Of a stretch of DNA of 64,000 nucleotides, positions 12,072 to 23,435 are shown one piece after another. Origin of the DNA: Trypanosoma brucei (Eukaryota); the NCBI GenBank assembly GCA_000002445.1, contig AL929603.2, forward strand, positions 96,001-160,000, given 5' to 3'. The position numbers were made by a program, and so were the translations under genes. Numbering within the stretch: position 1 is the stretch's first letter; each line of letters begins with the position of its first letter. The notes beneath the pieces are model-generated. The model was not told the origin of the DNA and did not search any database. It worked only from the letters and a program-made list of their open reading frames with translations.

Positions 12072-14958
12072 ATGCCGGCTGACGAAGCACAGCAAGCTCC
12101 ACCACCTCTCCCAATTACCTTTACGACACCAACACTTTTCCTGTTGCTGTTAGTGTTACTTCAACTTTATCAAATATGTGTTCTTGTTAACGCAGATGAC
12201 AGTAGGAAAGTTACGGTGAAGGCAATATCTCTGTTATACAGTCGAAAATGGGACCTACAAGTTATCAATGCCGTGAATGCCGGTTTCAATGCCTCCCTGG
12301 TTGCTCGGAACTGGACGGTGGCACCCGGGGTGAATGTTGAAGTTGCCCGCTCCCCCTCATACGGCATCGATTCGGTCCAGTTTCTGAATGATTACTTGAA
12401 GCCACTAAATGGCGATGACGCGAACAAGCTGTGCAATACATTAGAAGGGAACCAACTTGTTGGATTCGGTCCCATAACTGAGTGTCGATGGGGCATGAGG
12501 GATGTCTGCCGCATTTTTACTTCCTGCTCCTTGAGGCCACTGGCGAACTTATTACCCCAGTACGTTATGCAGTGAGTCACTTACATGTGCTAAAGCAGGG
12601 TTTCATGTATCTTGATGGGCTCCCGGGAGGTAGTGAGGCATATAATCAGGCAGTGGATTTCATATAGCGCATGGGGTACAGTTTCTGTTGTGTTTTCACG
12701 GGGGAAGACAAAGCGGGTGGCCAAGGTGGATCACCTGAGGAATTCGACGCCGTATGGGATGAGTTTGCTGGGGGAAATCCACAGGCTGTGATTATGTTTG
12801 CCGCCATGAAGCCTGATGCCAAAAAAATATCTCGTGAGGTTGGTGTCTGATCCGCGTACGGAAGATACGTTCGTGCTAACTCCGATCTTCTTGCAGAAAT
12901 CAATTGTGAGCATCTGGAAGGAGACATTGGAGGAAGCGAATGTTCCGTTTGTTCCCCATCGTGTGATTCAGACGGGGTCAAATCCTCTCACTAAGGAAGA
13001 TTATATCGACGCGGTAAAACGCTTTCAGACTGAAATGAGGAACTACTTGACTGAATACAAGGAGTGGAGTGGCTTCAATGATGCAGATCACTTTCTAAAG
13101 AGTGACGCGCACGGGGAGCTGACGATTAATGGCTGGATTACTGGAGAGGTGTTGGCGCGGGCACTGCGTAGCCATGGCTGGATGAAAAATCGCACAGCCT
13201 TCATTGAGTCGCCGTTACGTGGTTGATGGCATAGTGATCGGTGATTTTGGAGGTGAGTGCGATAGCTTTACCACTGCAAATGATGCCACTTGCCGCTGCA
13301 ACCGTGGCAGGAAGGACGTCTACATGAGGGAGATTGCTGAGAATTACCGCCTGCAGCCGCTTGTTGGCAGGCATATTATGACAACTTCCCTACAGTGTTA
13401 TATCGATCCCTCATTCCTATAGATACCACTCACCGGCCTCACCGTTGATATGGAAGATCACGAGGAGCTTCTGAGATGTTCCACACAGTTTGAAACTGGT
13501 GTGTCCACCACGACCTCATCTGGGAAAGCTGGCGAGATGAACAGTTTCTTCCTTCAGAAGGTTGTTACGGATATGCAGAAGGTTTCCGACGAGCTCAACA
13601 CATTACGACGGGAAAGGATAGTCGCTGCTGTGTTCGGCATCGTGACAAAAGCGGTGCTCGGTCTGACATTCATTGACCCTATGACACCAATCCCCCATCT
13701 GAACAGTTTCAGCAGGAATGTGATCCACTTGTCCCCAACAATGGAGCAGCAGCTATGCATGTTAGCGAGCTCCCTCTCCAGCATTCGTGCTGACTTCCAC
13801 CAATCGCGTTGTAAGGGGCGGTGAGGCGTCCGCTTTCATTGATGTGCTAAGAAAGACACTGCTCACATTTGGCTTGAACCTCAGCTCTACCGTTGTGTTG
13901 ACTGCAGGGGACTCTGTTGGAGAGTATCTTTCGAAAAGTGGTAGCACTTTTATCATTGGACTTGCTGTTGATGGCATTGTGGTAACTGAAGAGCATCTAC
14001 GTACTCGCAACAAGGTGCGCGTATTTGTCCAGTTCTCTGGCATTGCGCTGCTGTAAAATGAGTTTGTGCAAGCCTTCAACAGTAGCGACGGCGCCAAGCA
14101 CCTTTTGTTCGCAACAAGTTTGCTTTGCTAGCCAGACATCAACACGACATCGTAGACTGTGCAACGGTTCCACGAGGCGGTACGTGAGGTGGAAAAGTGG
14201 ACGCCGCTGTCGGTGCTGGGTTTCGCCACGGGTAGACTAATACAAGAGAATCTGCAAAACATGGAAAGGGTAACGTCCGGCCTGCTGCTCGATTTTTTCT
14301 TCAACCAAACAGTAATCACCATTGATGACATGCATTATATGGGCCGTACAAACATTATGATTGCATAATCAACGTTGTTGTTGCCGCTGATGACTGCGTG
14401 ACAAACTTCGGTGCTACGGATATAAGTCTGTGTGTGTGTGTGTGATCAATGGCACGTGCGCTACGGTCAGATGCACCAACACTACAGAATGCGATGTCGC
14501 CGTCGTTGATGTGCGCTGTCCCCAACGGTAATGCCCTCAACCCCTCACAACTTGCTGGTGTGGTTGATGACTCTTTATTCGTTGTGGCTCTCGCAATATG
14601 TCTAAGCTTACTTGCGTCATTCCCTCTCCGTGGCACCCGTGATAACGACAGCGCGCCGAAGGAGCCAACGGACCCTGTGACACTAATATTTACTGACATT
14701 GAGAGCAGGACTGTGTTGTGGGCTGCACACCCTGACCTGACGCCTGATGCCGTTGCAACACATCACCGTCTGATTCGTTCACTGATTGGGAGGTATGACT
14801 GCTACGAGGTGAAAACTGTTGGTGATTTGTTCACAATAGCGAGCAAGAGTCCCTTCGCTGCCGTCCACCTCGCACAGGAACTACAGCTGTGTTTCTTGCA
14901 TCATTCCTTCCGAAGGGGCTGCACAATTTCTGACAGCGCCGAATGGACAAATGCATAA
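12072..14958 (+). pseudogene. GRESAG4: Receptor-type adenylate cyclase (GRESAG4/ESAG4 family) pseudogene with multiple frameshifts and stops, and C-terminally truncated
   Basis: A signal-peptide-like start reads MPADEAQQAPPPLPITFTTPTLFLLLLVLLQ. The extracellular domain reads KVTVKAISLLYSRKWDLQVINAVNAGFNASLVARNWT...SYGIDSVQFLND. A TM helix reads SLFVVALAICLSLLASF. The class III cyclase catalytic core reads VTLIFTDIESRTVLWAAHPD...HHRLIRSLIGRYDCYEVKTVGDLFTIASKSPFAAVHLAQELQL. The reading frame is broken across the ORFs 11958..12575, 12816..13226, 13450..13824, 13787..14056 and 14449..14958. Confidence 0.8.
14428..14444. repeat. (TG)n microsatellite
   Basis: gtgtgtgtgtgtgtgtg seen in the sequence. 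Confidence 0.9.
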
Positions 14959-16380
14959 TATTACTGAGCGCTGCTTACGCACGCAGCTTATATAATGTCA
15001 CATGCGTTGTGATTTGTAGAGGGGAGTGGGCCACCAGAAATTAGGTCATTTTAATGTCAATAAGTTTTTACCGCTTGTTGGAGCCGTCATTCCCCGCACT
15101 TAACCTTTTCGAACCGAGGAGTTGGTAAAAGACGGCCAATCAACGGTATCGTCGACACCATGGCCATCAGTACGGGATTTTACATACGGTAACGAAGCGT
15201 GGGCATATGTTTTTCTTTAAACGTCATTTTTATTTTATTTTTCTGTACATTGTTGCTGTCACTTCTATGAAGTATAGCCAGAATGTCAGAGTAGTGCATT
15301 TGTGTGCAAAACAAAGAAAATAATACTCCCTTTGTTTTTCTCTCCCTCTTGGGTTGTATGAAAAGAGGGGGCTCCTGTTTGTAGGATGACAAGAGCTGTT
15401 TTGTTTCTTTCCTCAAAAAAAATTACATGCTCCATAGTTGCTCCAATATTCCCATCCCTTCATTGGAAAATGACCCGACGGCTCCGTCCATGTGAGTGAA
15501 GCGGTGTCCCTGATATTTGCCCTGATGCTTTTTCTTTTTTCCACCGTGGAACCTGCACTGCACTGCACTTGCGTTCCCTCATCCCCTCTTACAGTTATCC
15601 GTTTCACTTCCCCTGTTGAGGAATGCGTATTTCCAACCGTGCGAGATATCAAACAGTAAATCTGTCGGACAAACAAAAGGCTGAGAAATTCTTCACATAA
15701 ACTTATGAGCTTCCACCACTGAGGCACGCACGCTCACCAACACCAACAAAGTCAAGCAAAAGTCGCTGCATATTAATACTCAATGGCGCCATAATGTTCC
15801 CTTTTCCTTTTTCCTTCCGTTGGGGTTACACAACACTTGTGGGAACCCGCTTCACTTCGTCCTTTTCCAATTATGAAGGTAACTGTGTTTTGTTTGCCAC
15901 ACTTCCGCTTGTTATTTCTCCAACTGGTTTCACTTTCAGAAGTCGCGTGTACACCACTTGTGGAGGAAATATTACATTAAGCAAAACCAACAACGAAAAA
16001 AATGGCAATACATTCTAAAACATTCCCTCAACATTGCAGAACTCATGAAAGGAACCATGGTTACTGCCACCAGGCTAAGCAAAGACCAAAAGGCTTTTGA
16101 AATGTGTTTTCGAATCGAATGTACCACTGGTATTTCTTTAACATGCAAACACAACACAAATCACTGCATACACAAACACGAGTGCCAAGCTTCTTATAGA
16201 GATATTTCAATACCTGAAAAAGGGACCGGGACGCAAAGTTTGGGAATGGAATTTCCCCACCCGTAACGGTGATTATCTAAGACGCTCAATCAACACATTT
16301 CCGCCTGTCCACAGTTAATCGGAAACCGTAGTGCCCATATGTCTCCCTAATTACTGTTGTCCCTTCAGTTTTCACAGTAG

Positions 16381-16743
16381 ATGTTTCAATTGGTTTCTGC
16401 GGCCGAGGTAAATAAAGCTTATGTGTCATATCCGGGAGGTGTTTCCATGTGTCTTCGCTTTCCGTTTTGTCACTGCGTTTGGGCTCACGCAATGACATTA
16501 ATTGAAATTTCAGGCCACTACCATATATGGGTGGCTCGTGGAGAGAGTGAGGATTGGGATTATTCTAACAGCTTTGTGGTTGTGTGTGTCGTGCTTTTGG
16601 AAAATATTGCAACCAATGAAAGGGAAGGCAAGTGTCACCTTACTTTCCATGCTGCGACATCAATGCATAAGAATTATATGCTAGTTGCTCTGCGAGGGAA
16701 GGCCGTGAAGGCGAAGGTTAGCTTCCGGTTTAAGGAAGTGTAG
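16381..16743 (+). CDS. Hypothetical 120-aa ORF conserved in both arms (mirror at 48726..49151 -); possibly non-coding
   Basis: The ORF is present in both arms with about 11% aa divergence and no frameshift. No family was recognised. Confidence 0.2.
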   Translation: MFQLVSAAEVNKAYVSYPGGVSMCLRFPFCHCVWAHAMTLIEISGHYHIWVARGESEDWDYSNSFVVVCVVLLENIATNEREGKCHLTFHAATSMHKNYMLVALRGKAVKAKVSFRFKEV

Positions 16744-16924
16744 AGACTTCCTGATACTACTGTCAGAAACTACTGTTGCTGCGTGCTTCAGGCACTGGGT
16801 CAGTAATTCATAAATACAACAACGAGAATAAAATTAATCCCTTGTGGCTGCTAAGCGTGTAAGCAACTGAGAATAATAAACAGTATATTTTTGCCACACT
16901 TTATTGATTTCTTTATATATACAA

Positions 16925-16965
16925 AAAACCTCATTACATTTATCATTTCTTTTGTGCCCAAAGAC
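16925..16965 (+). promoter_or_regulatory. Polypyrimidine tract plus AG, a candidate trans-splice acceptor region upstream of the LRRP
   Basis: TCATTTCTTTTGTGCCCAAAG precedes the LRRP ORF. This is a kinetoplastid trans-splicing convention and is not verified. Confidence 0.25.
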
Positions 16966-16971
16966 TGCTGA

Positions 16972-19900
16972 ATGAAGGTTAGGATTACTGACCATAACAC
17001 ATTTTGGCATGCACCTCAATTACTTCCTTATAACACTTCCCCCCCTCGTTTGATTCATCGCTTAGCTCTATTATTAAAAAAGAAAAAGCATTTCCTCAAC
17101 ACTCAGCACCTCAAGGAATCGGAAACGGGAACTACAATGTCAGGAAACCAAGGAAGAAAGCGACAGCGCAGCTCATCACCTGAGCAGTCAGAAGCTTTAA
17201 AGGAACCATCAACTACTGAACAAAATAAACTCACCACCGTTACAATCACCGAAGAGACGCGTGACGCCGGTAATGATGAAACTGTGATATCATTACTGAA
17301 TGAGCATGAGAAATTGATTAAACAAACGACACGGCTGGAAAGCAGTGTGAAGGCACTTAAATGTTTCATGAGTAATCTCACAGCTATGAGTGGCGAAAGG
17401 CAAGGTGGTGTGTGTGATGACACCGAATGCATACATAGAGTAACATTATATAATGCTGCTGATAATGCCTTCAGTGACGAAGGACTATATGAAGGTGCTC
17501 TTTCCTCACTCTGTGGCCGTATTCAAGCTAAGAAATTAACCATCACGTTATCAAAGGGTTGGAAATTTAACTCACGACAAGTCAGTAAGCTAAAGCAGTT
17601 AGAAGAGTTACGCATTGAATATCCGCGTGGAAAACTTGTGAATATGATATCTTTGAAGAGACTGCAAATGTTGAAAAGGCTTTGTCTCAGGAGCAACAAT
17701 ATTGACAACAATGACGGTCGTCACTTATTCAATATTGGAACATTGGAGGAGTTGGCTATTACTGATACCATGCAACTGACAAATATCAGAGGAATCTCTC
17801 GCTTGACTAACCTGAAGTGTCTTGAGTTAAATTCCACAAATATTGACGACAGCTGTGTGGAGGAAATAAGTGCATGTGCTAAACTGTCCAAACTGTGTAT
17901 ATCTAAATGCAACAATATCACAGACGCGACACCAATTTCACAACTTGCAGCGCTGGAAGAGTTGAATCTAAGCAATTGCCACATAACGAAGGGAATAGGA
18001 ACACTTGGCATGTTGTTGCGACTGCGTATGCTTGACTTGAGTGGTGTTCCTGTGGAAGATAATTGTCTGAAGGATTTGTGTGACTGTGGGTCTCTTGAAA
18101 GGCTGAACATTTCTTATCGTATTCAGCTGACAGATATCAATCCACTCTCCAATGCCACTGCTATTGAGGAATTGAACCTTAACGGTTGTCGCCGAATAAC
18201 ACGGGGGATAGGCGTTGTGTGGGCATTACCAAAGCTCCGTGTATTGCACATGAAGGATGTGCACCTGAGCGAGCCATCTCTCGATTCAGTTGGGACTGGT
18301 GGACCACTTGTAAAGGTCAGTCTTGATAACTGCGCAGGCTTTGGTGATATGACACTCTTATCCAGCATTGTTACACTCGAGGAGCTGAATATTCAAAAAT
18401 GTGCTGACATCATTAGTGGTGTGGGTTGCCTTGGTACACTGCCATACCTGCGTGTGCTTAACATAAAGGAGGCACACATCTCGTCCCTTGACTTTACTGG
18501 TATTGGTGCCTCAAAATCCCTTTTACAGCTCAATATGGAGAGTATCACGGGACTGAGTAATGTGGAAGCACTCGCCAACATTTTGACTCTGGAAAAACTA
18601 AGCCTTCACGGCTGCACGGGTATTGACGCAGGAATTGGATGTCTTGGAAACCTGCCACAGCTTAAAATGTTGGACCTGTCTGGCACAAATACCGACAATG
18701 AGTCTCTCAGAAGTTTATGCCTATCGCAGACAGTGGTGTCCCTCAACCTTTCCCATTGTTGGAAAATGACAAATGTGTCCCATATTTCAAGCCTCGAAGC
18801 ATTGAATGAACTGAATCTGAGCAACTGTTTTGGAATAAATGCAGGATGGGAAGCACTTGAAAAACTTCAGCAGCTACATGTGGCAATCCTCTCGAATACA
18901 CATATTACTGATAGAGACATATCCCATTTCAGCAACTGCAAAAACCTTATTACGCTTGATCTTTCTTTCTGCAATAAGTTACTTGATGTTACAGCTCTCT
19001 CTAACATCACTACGCTTGAGGAGTTGAATCTTGATAGTTGTTCAAACATCAGAAAAGGGCTGAGCGTTCTTGGAGAGTTGCCACGGCTTTGTGTGTTGAA
19101 CATAAAGGGTGTACAGTTGGAAGACTCAGTTATTGTTTCACTAGGGAATGGTAACTCATTTGTAAGGCTCAGTCTTGAGAACTGCAAAGGGTTTGGTGAT
19201 GTCGCGCCCCTCTCGAACCTTGTTACACTTGAGGAACTGAATCTCCACTACTGTGACAAAGTAACCTCTGGAATGGGAACACTGGGCAGGCTACCGCAGC
19301 TTCGTGTACTGGATTTGGGACGGACACAAGTTGATGATAATTCCCTTGAGAATATCTGCACATGCTCAAGCCCACTTGTATCATTAAATCTTTCGAATTG
19401 CAAGAAAATAACATCTATTTCTGCAATAGCTTCCCTTACAGCATTGGAGGAACTCAACATTGACAACTGCTGTAATGTAACATCCGGCTGGAATGTATTT
19501 GGTACACTTCACCAACTGCGTGTAGCCACACTGTCGAATACACGCACTAATGATGAAAACGTACGGCACGTTAGCGAGTGCAAGTCTTTGAATACACTCA
19601 ACCTTGCGTTTTGCAAAGATATAACAGACGTCACAGCACTTTCTAAAATTACCATGCTTGAGGAGTTGAACCTTGATTGTTGCCATAACATCAGAAAAGG
19701 TATTGAAACTCTTGGAACGCTTCCCAAGGCACGTATCCTAAGCATGAAGGAATGTTACATGGGAGACGGATATGCGCAACAATGTTCCATCCTTGGGAAT
19801 AGTAAGTCACTTGTGAAACTGAATCTTGAGAGGTCAAGAGGGCGCATATCTGTGAAAGCTCTGTCTAACGTTGCGACGTTGGAGGAATTGGTACTCGATC

Positions 19901-21318
19901 ATGCACGGAAAGTATGTTGTATACCGTCATTTTCCTGTCTACCGCGCCTTCGAGTACTGAATCTGAAATATACGGATATCAATGGTGATGTAACTAAAAA
20001 TATTTCCGAATCAAAATCGCTGCGATCACTCAACTTATCACATTGCAAATGGGTAACTGATATATCAGTATTATCTTCCTTATTGACACTGGAGGAGCTG
20101 AATGTTAACTGCTGCAATGGAATACGAAAAGGCTGGGAGTCGCTCGGAAAGCTGCCTCTACTACGTGTGGCAATTCTATCTGATACTAAAATCACCGCTA
20201 AAGATATAGCTTGCCTCAGCAGTTGCAAAAAGCTGGTGAAACTAAAGTTCTTCCAGTGTGAGAAGTTGTCAGATGTTACGGTGGTGTATAAAATTCAATC
20301 ACTGGAGGAGCTGATAGTTACGAGCTGTTCAGACGGCCTCAAGGGACTGAATGCCCTTGGTACACTCCCACGGTTGCGTTTTCACCATCTGCGAAATGTG
20401 AGAGGTAGTGATATATCTGTTGAATCTATTGGGACGAGCAAATCTCTCGTGAGGCTTCATATTGAAGTGGGCGAGGAGTTGACAGATATAACACCCCTCT
20501 CCAACATCACGTCCCTTGAGGAATTGTCATTGCGGGATTACCGTAAACCCCCGGAAGGAGTCGGGACACTTGGGAAACTGCCACGGCTTAAATCGCTGGA
20601 TCTCGGTTTATCTCGCATTAGCGATAGCACACTTTATTGTATTTGTCTGTCTCGATCAATTACGTCACTTAACCTAGACTCCAGTTGGAAACTAACAGAC
20701 ATATCTCATATATCAAATCTTACGGCACTGGAGGAATTGAATCTGGGAGGATGTTACTACATAACTTCAGGCTGGGAAGCACTAAGCGAATTACCACGAC
20801 TTCGTGTGCTCAACTTGGAATTCACCAGAGCTACGACGCGTGACGGTGGATACTATATCAGCAGATGCAAATACCTCGTCACACTCAACCTTGAATTGTG
20901 TGATATGACCGATGCTTCATGTCTTGCTAATATCAAGACACTGGAGGAGTTGCATATAGGAGGATGCGACGAGCTAACGCAGGGGTTTAGTGCACTTTTC
21001 ACTCTTCCACAGTTGCGCATTCTTAACTTGATTTGTTCTCTTATTACAGATGAAGATCTCAGGGAAATTCAACCACCCCATACCATTGAGGAGCTCAATC
21101 TTTCTTATTGTGTGGAGCTTAATGATATTACACCACTTGGGAGGATAAAATCAATTAAAAAATTGCATCTCCGTCAGAGACATGATGTCAGAAGGCCTAC
21201 AGAAGGATTCAGGAGTCTTTTGGAATTGCCATGTCTTTCTTGGGTTGACCTAGACAACGTGTATGGCTGGTCTGATGTTTCTTGTGAACTGAGAAAAAGG
21301 AGAGTACATATCCGTTAA
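16972..21318 (+). CDS. LRRP: Leucine-rich repeat protein (LRRP, ESAG8-like), 1448 aa; the likely true start is Met56 at 17137 (MSGNQGRKRQR...)
   Basis: The ORF is uninterrupted over 4.3 kb. It has a basic/coiled-coil N-terminus followed by about 16 super-repeats of roughly 70 aa. Each super-repeat is three LRRs, with the pattern ...ITD.TPLSN.T.LEELNLS.C..IT.G...LG.LP.LR.L.L.G. An identical-length paralogue lies at 44214..48560. Confidence 0.9.
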   Translation: MKVRITDHNTFWHAPQLLPYNTSPPRLIHRLALLLKKKKHFLNTQHLKESETGTTMSGNQGRKRQRSSSPEQSEALKEPSTTEQNKLTTVTITEETRDAGNDETVISLLNEHEKLIKQTTRLESSVKALKCFMSNLTAMSGERQGGVCDDTECIHRVTLYNAADNAFSDEGLYEGALSSLCGRIQAKKLTITLSKGWKFNSRQVSKLKQLEELRIEYPRGKLVNMISLKRLQMLKRLCLRSNNIDNNDGRHLFNIGTLEELAITDTMQLTNIRGISRLTNLKCLELNSTNIDDSCVEEISACAKLSKLCISKCNNITDATPISQLAALEELNLSNCHITKGIGTLGMLLRLRMLDLSGVPVEDNCLKDLCDCGSLERLNISYRIQLTDINPLSNATAIEELNLNGCRRITRGIGVVWALPKLRVLHMKDVHLSEPSLDSVGTGGPLVKVSLDNCAGFGDMTLLSSIVTLEELNIQKCADIISGVGCLGTLPYLRVLNIKEAHISSLDFTGIGASKSLLQLNMESITGLSNVEALANILTLEKLSLHGCTGIDAGIGCLGNLPQLKMLDLSGTNTDNESLRSLCLSQTVVSLNLSHCWKMTNVSHISSLEALNELNLSNCFGINAGWEALEKLQQLHVAILSNTHITDRDISHFSNCKNLITLDLSFCNKLLDVTALSNITTLEELNLDSCSNIRKGLSVLGELPRLCVLNIKGVQLEDSVIVSLGNGNSFVRLSLENCKGFGDVAPLSNLVTLEELNLHYCDKVTSGMGTLGRLPQLRVLDLGRTQVDDNSLENICTCSSPLVSLNLSNCKKITSISAIASLTALEELNIDNCCNVTSGWNVFGTLHQLRVATLSNTRTNDENVRHVSECKSLNTLNLAFCKDITDVTALSKITMLEELNLDCCHNIRKGIETLGTLPKARILSMKECYMGDGYAQQCSILGNSKSLVKLNLERSRGRISVKALSNVATLEELVLDHARKVCCIPSFSCLPRLRVLNLKYTDINGDVTKNISESKSLRSLNLSHCKWVTDISVLSSLLTLEELNVNCCNGIRKGWESLGKLPLLRVAILSDTKITAKDIACLSSCKKLVKLKFFQCEKLSDVTVVYKIQSLEELIVTSCSDGLKGLNALGTLPRLRFHHLRNVRGSDISVESIGTSKSLVRLHIEVGEELTDITPLSNITSLEELSLRDYRKPPEGVGTLGKLPRLKSLDLGLSRISDSTLYCICLSRSITSLNLDSSWKLTDISHISNLTALEELNLGGCYYITSGWEALSELPRLRVLNLEFTRATTRDGGYYISRCKYLVTLNLELCDMTDASCLANIKTLEELHIGGCDELTQGFSALFTLPQLRILNLICSLITDEDLREIQPPHTIEELNLSYCVELNDITPLGRIKSIKKLHLRQRHDVRRPTEGFRSLLELPCLSWVDLDNVYGWSDVSCELRKRRVHIR

Positions 21319-23420
21319 TATTTGATCCATTGCTTCACTTTGTATAATTTAGCAACTTATTGCTGAGAATACGTTATTAAATTTAACAGCCAGTTTGAGT
21401 GGTTCGCTCACTGTAGGCACTATTACTCAAACAGATACCAGTAACAATTCATACGGATGATATTGTATGTTACACTATCTTAAATACGAGAAATACGAAG
21501 ATCTCATTACAGTCATGTAAGCGTTTAACAAATTAGTAAGTCATACCAATCATATATTGTGAAGAATAAAGAACAGTTAGGAAGGTGCGTGTGCGTGTAT
21601 GTGACAAGCTTTTTTCTCAATGGAAATTTTGATTTTAGTTGTAAGCGTAGTAATTATTGTATTATTCTCGTTCATATTACAACTATACCAAATGAACATA
21701 TCATTATATTGTATGCCATTCTAACTTTATGACTACACATCCACACACATATATATTGAATTATTATTACTATTTCTATCGTTCTTATTGTTATTACATG
21801 AAACACAACATTCACATTTAATTTTTACTCATAGCCACACCTGAAAAGTAAAAGCACTCAACATTCTGCAGTACTGTATACCTTTCAATGATATGAGGAG
21901 GTGAAGTTTATATACCATTAAAGTATAGTGAATATATTTCATTATTCTTATTATTATTTGCTTTACTGAAAGAAATGACAGAGTGACTTTACAATAAATT
22001 ATATCAGAGCAGCATCTTAACCACCAATTTGCTACACAGGAAGAGGATAATACAACACATCACGTGTCTCGTGATTCTTTTTTACACTTGCCACTGGTAT
22101 ATCTACATTCTCAAACAGTGCGATTGAATATTCTCGTTTCATTAAAATATTATATTATAACTTGTTGTATTTGTTTGGTTTTTTAATAACATAATTTATT
22201 TTATTACATTTCCTTTCAGAATTATTTGGGCCAAACTTTTGTGAAGATGTCATACAATCTGAATTCCCTTGCGCAGCAAAGGGTTGTGTACCGCCTTAAC
22301 CCATTAACATTTGTGCTACATGTGCATGGGAAAGTGTATTAAACATTTCACTGGTTTTGGGAAATATTATTTTCTTTCTTACAACATGATGCCTCAGAAG
22401 AACTGAAGGCGAGAGCAGATCCTTTCATTCATTTTATTTTCCTTTTCTCACCGTATCCGTATATGTTTATGACTTTCCAGAAAACACTGCTGGGGTAAAT
22501 TATGTATTTCTTCATATTTACTTTTTATTTGACAACAACAAGAAAGGGATTTCCTCCTCACACACTTAAATTAATTAGACACTGCTGTTAACTGATAAGT
22601 TACAGACAGCCGCACATTTAAGTTACACAAATCCACACCGATTCGAAATAGTAAAATATCAAATATTATGTATTTATTTGAGAAAAAAAAGAGACGAAAA
22701 GAAGCGCTGCATCTGAAGCAAGATGCATGTGAGTTCGAAGAACAACTGTCATTTGAATATCATATCCCCAAATTGTTTTGATTACATTATTAGCAGTAAA
22801 TGCTTACGGAACTTGGGAAGTGAATGACTACTGAAATTAGAAGCATGAGGACGCACCGCGATGGCACATGAAAGTAACATTGGTGGGATTTTTATATATT
22901 GGAAAGTGGAGTGGCTTTAAGGTGTTTTACATGATGTTTAGTTGGAGATTGAAATAATTCAAAAAGCAGTGAAAGACTGTTATGATACAGGAATCTTTTC
23001 GTTTACTAATTTCAAGCTCACTCCCGCGACGCACTATTTTCGGTTTGCATTGCAGGAGGTGGTATGATATATGCAACCGCTTATTTCTTATTTATTTATT
23101 TTTGCGAGTTTATATAAGTGTGGTTTGGTGGCGTGGAAAATTTTAGCATGTGGTTAATGTCTTTATGACAAGAAACTGCTCTGCTCGAGCGATGGTATTG
23201 GAAGGTTAAATATAAATTATATGTTTTATGAGTTAATCAAATGCTGAATGCTTCAACTGACTCACTCTTCAAACCAAAACACTTTCTCAGCTTTTCCACT
23301 CTCAGCTAAAAATGTAGTTCAGTTTCCAAACAGCACACCACATCTCATTCACCATCGGGTAAAGAGATATTTGTATGGGCAACACGAAAGTGGAGAAGTG
23401 CAGAAAGTAGAAATAAAGAA

Positions 23421-23435
23421 TATATATATATATAT
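23421..23435. repeat. (TA)n microsatellite (also 24191..24207; mirrored at about 42076..42097 and 41318..41335)
   Basis: Seen in the sequence. Confidence 0.9.

Larger units (their letters stand above)
9870..16160 (+). other. Left-arm-specific 6.29-kb segment that is absent from the right arm; it is flanked by the 8-bp direct repeat AACACAAA (9862..9869 and 16153..16160)
   Basis: The right arm joins the two flanks at the single TTTGTGTT at 49363..49370. The left sequences 9841..9869 and 16161..16200 both align to the reverse complement of the right sequence at about 49330..49400. Confidence 0.8.

Noticed and set aside
17103-20228. A dozen 60-130-aa ORFs on the strand opposite the LRRP genes, and their mirrors at 44860..48429 +
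   Set aside because: These are antisense readings of a long, repeat-rich CDS, which is a low-complexity artefact. None have motifs.
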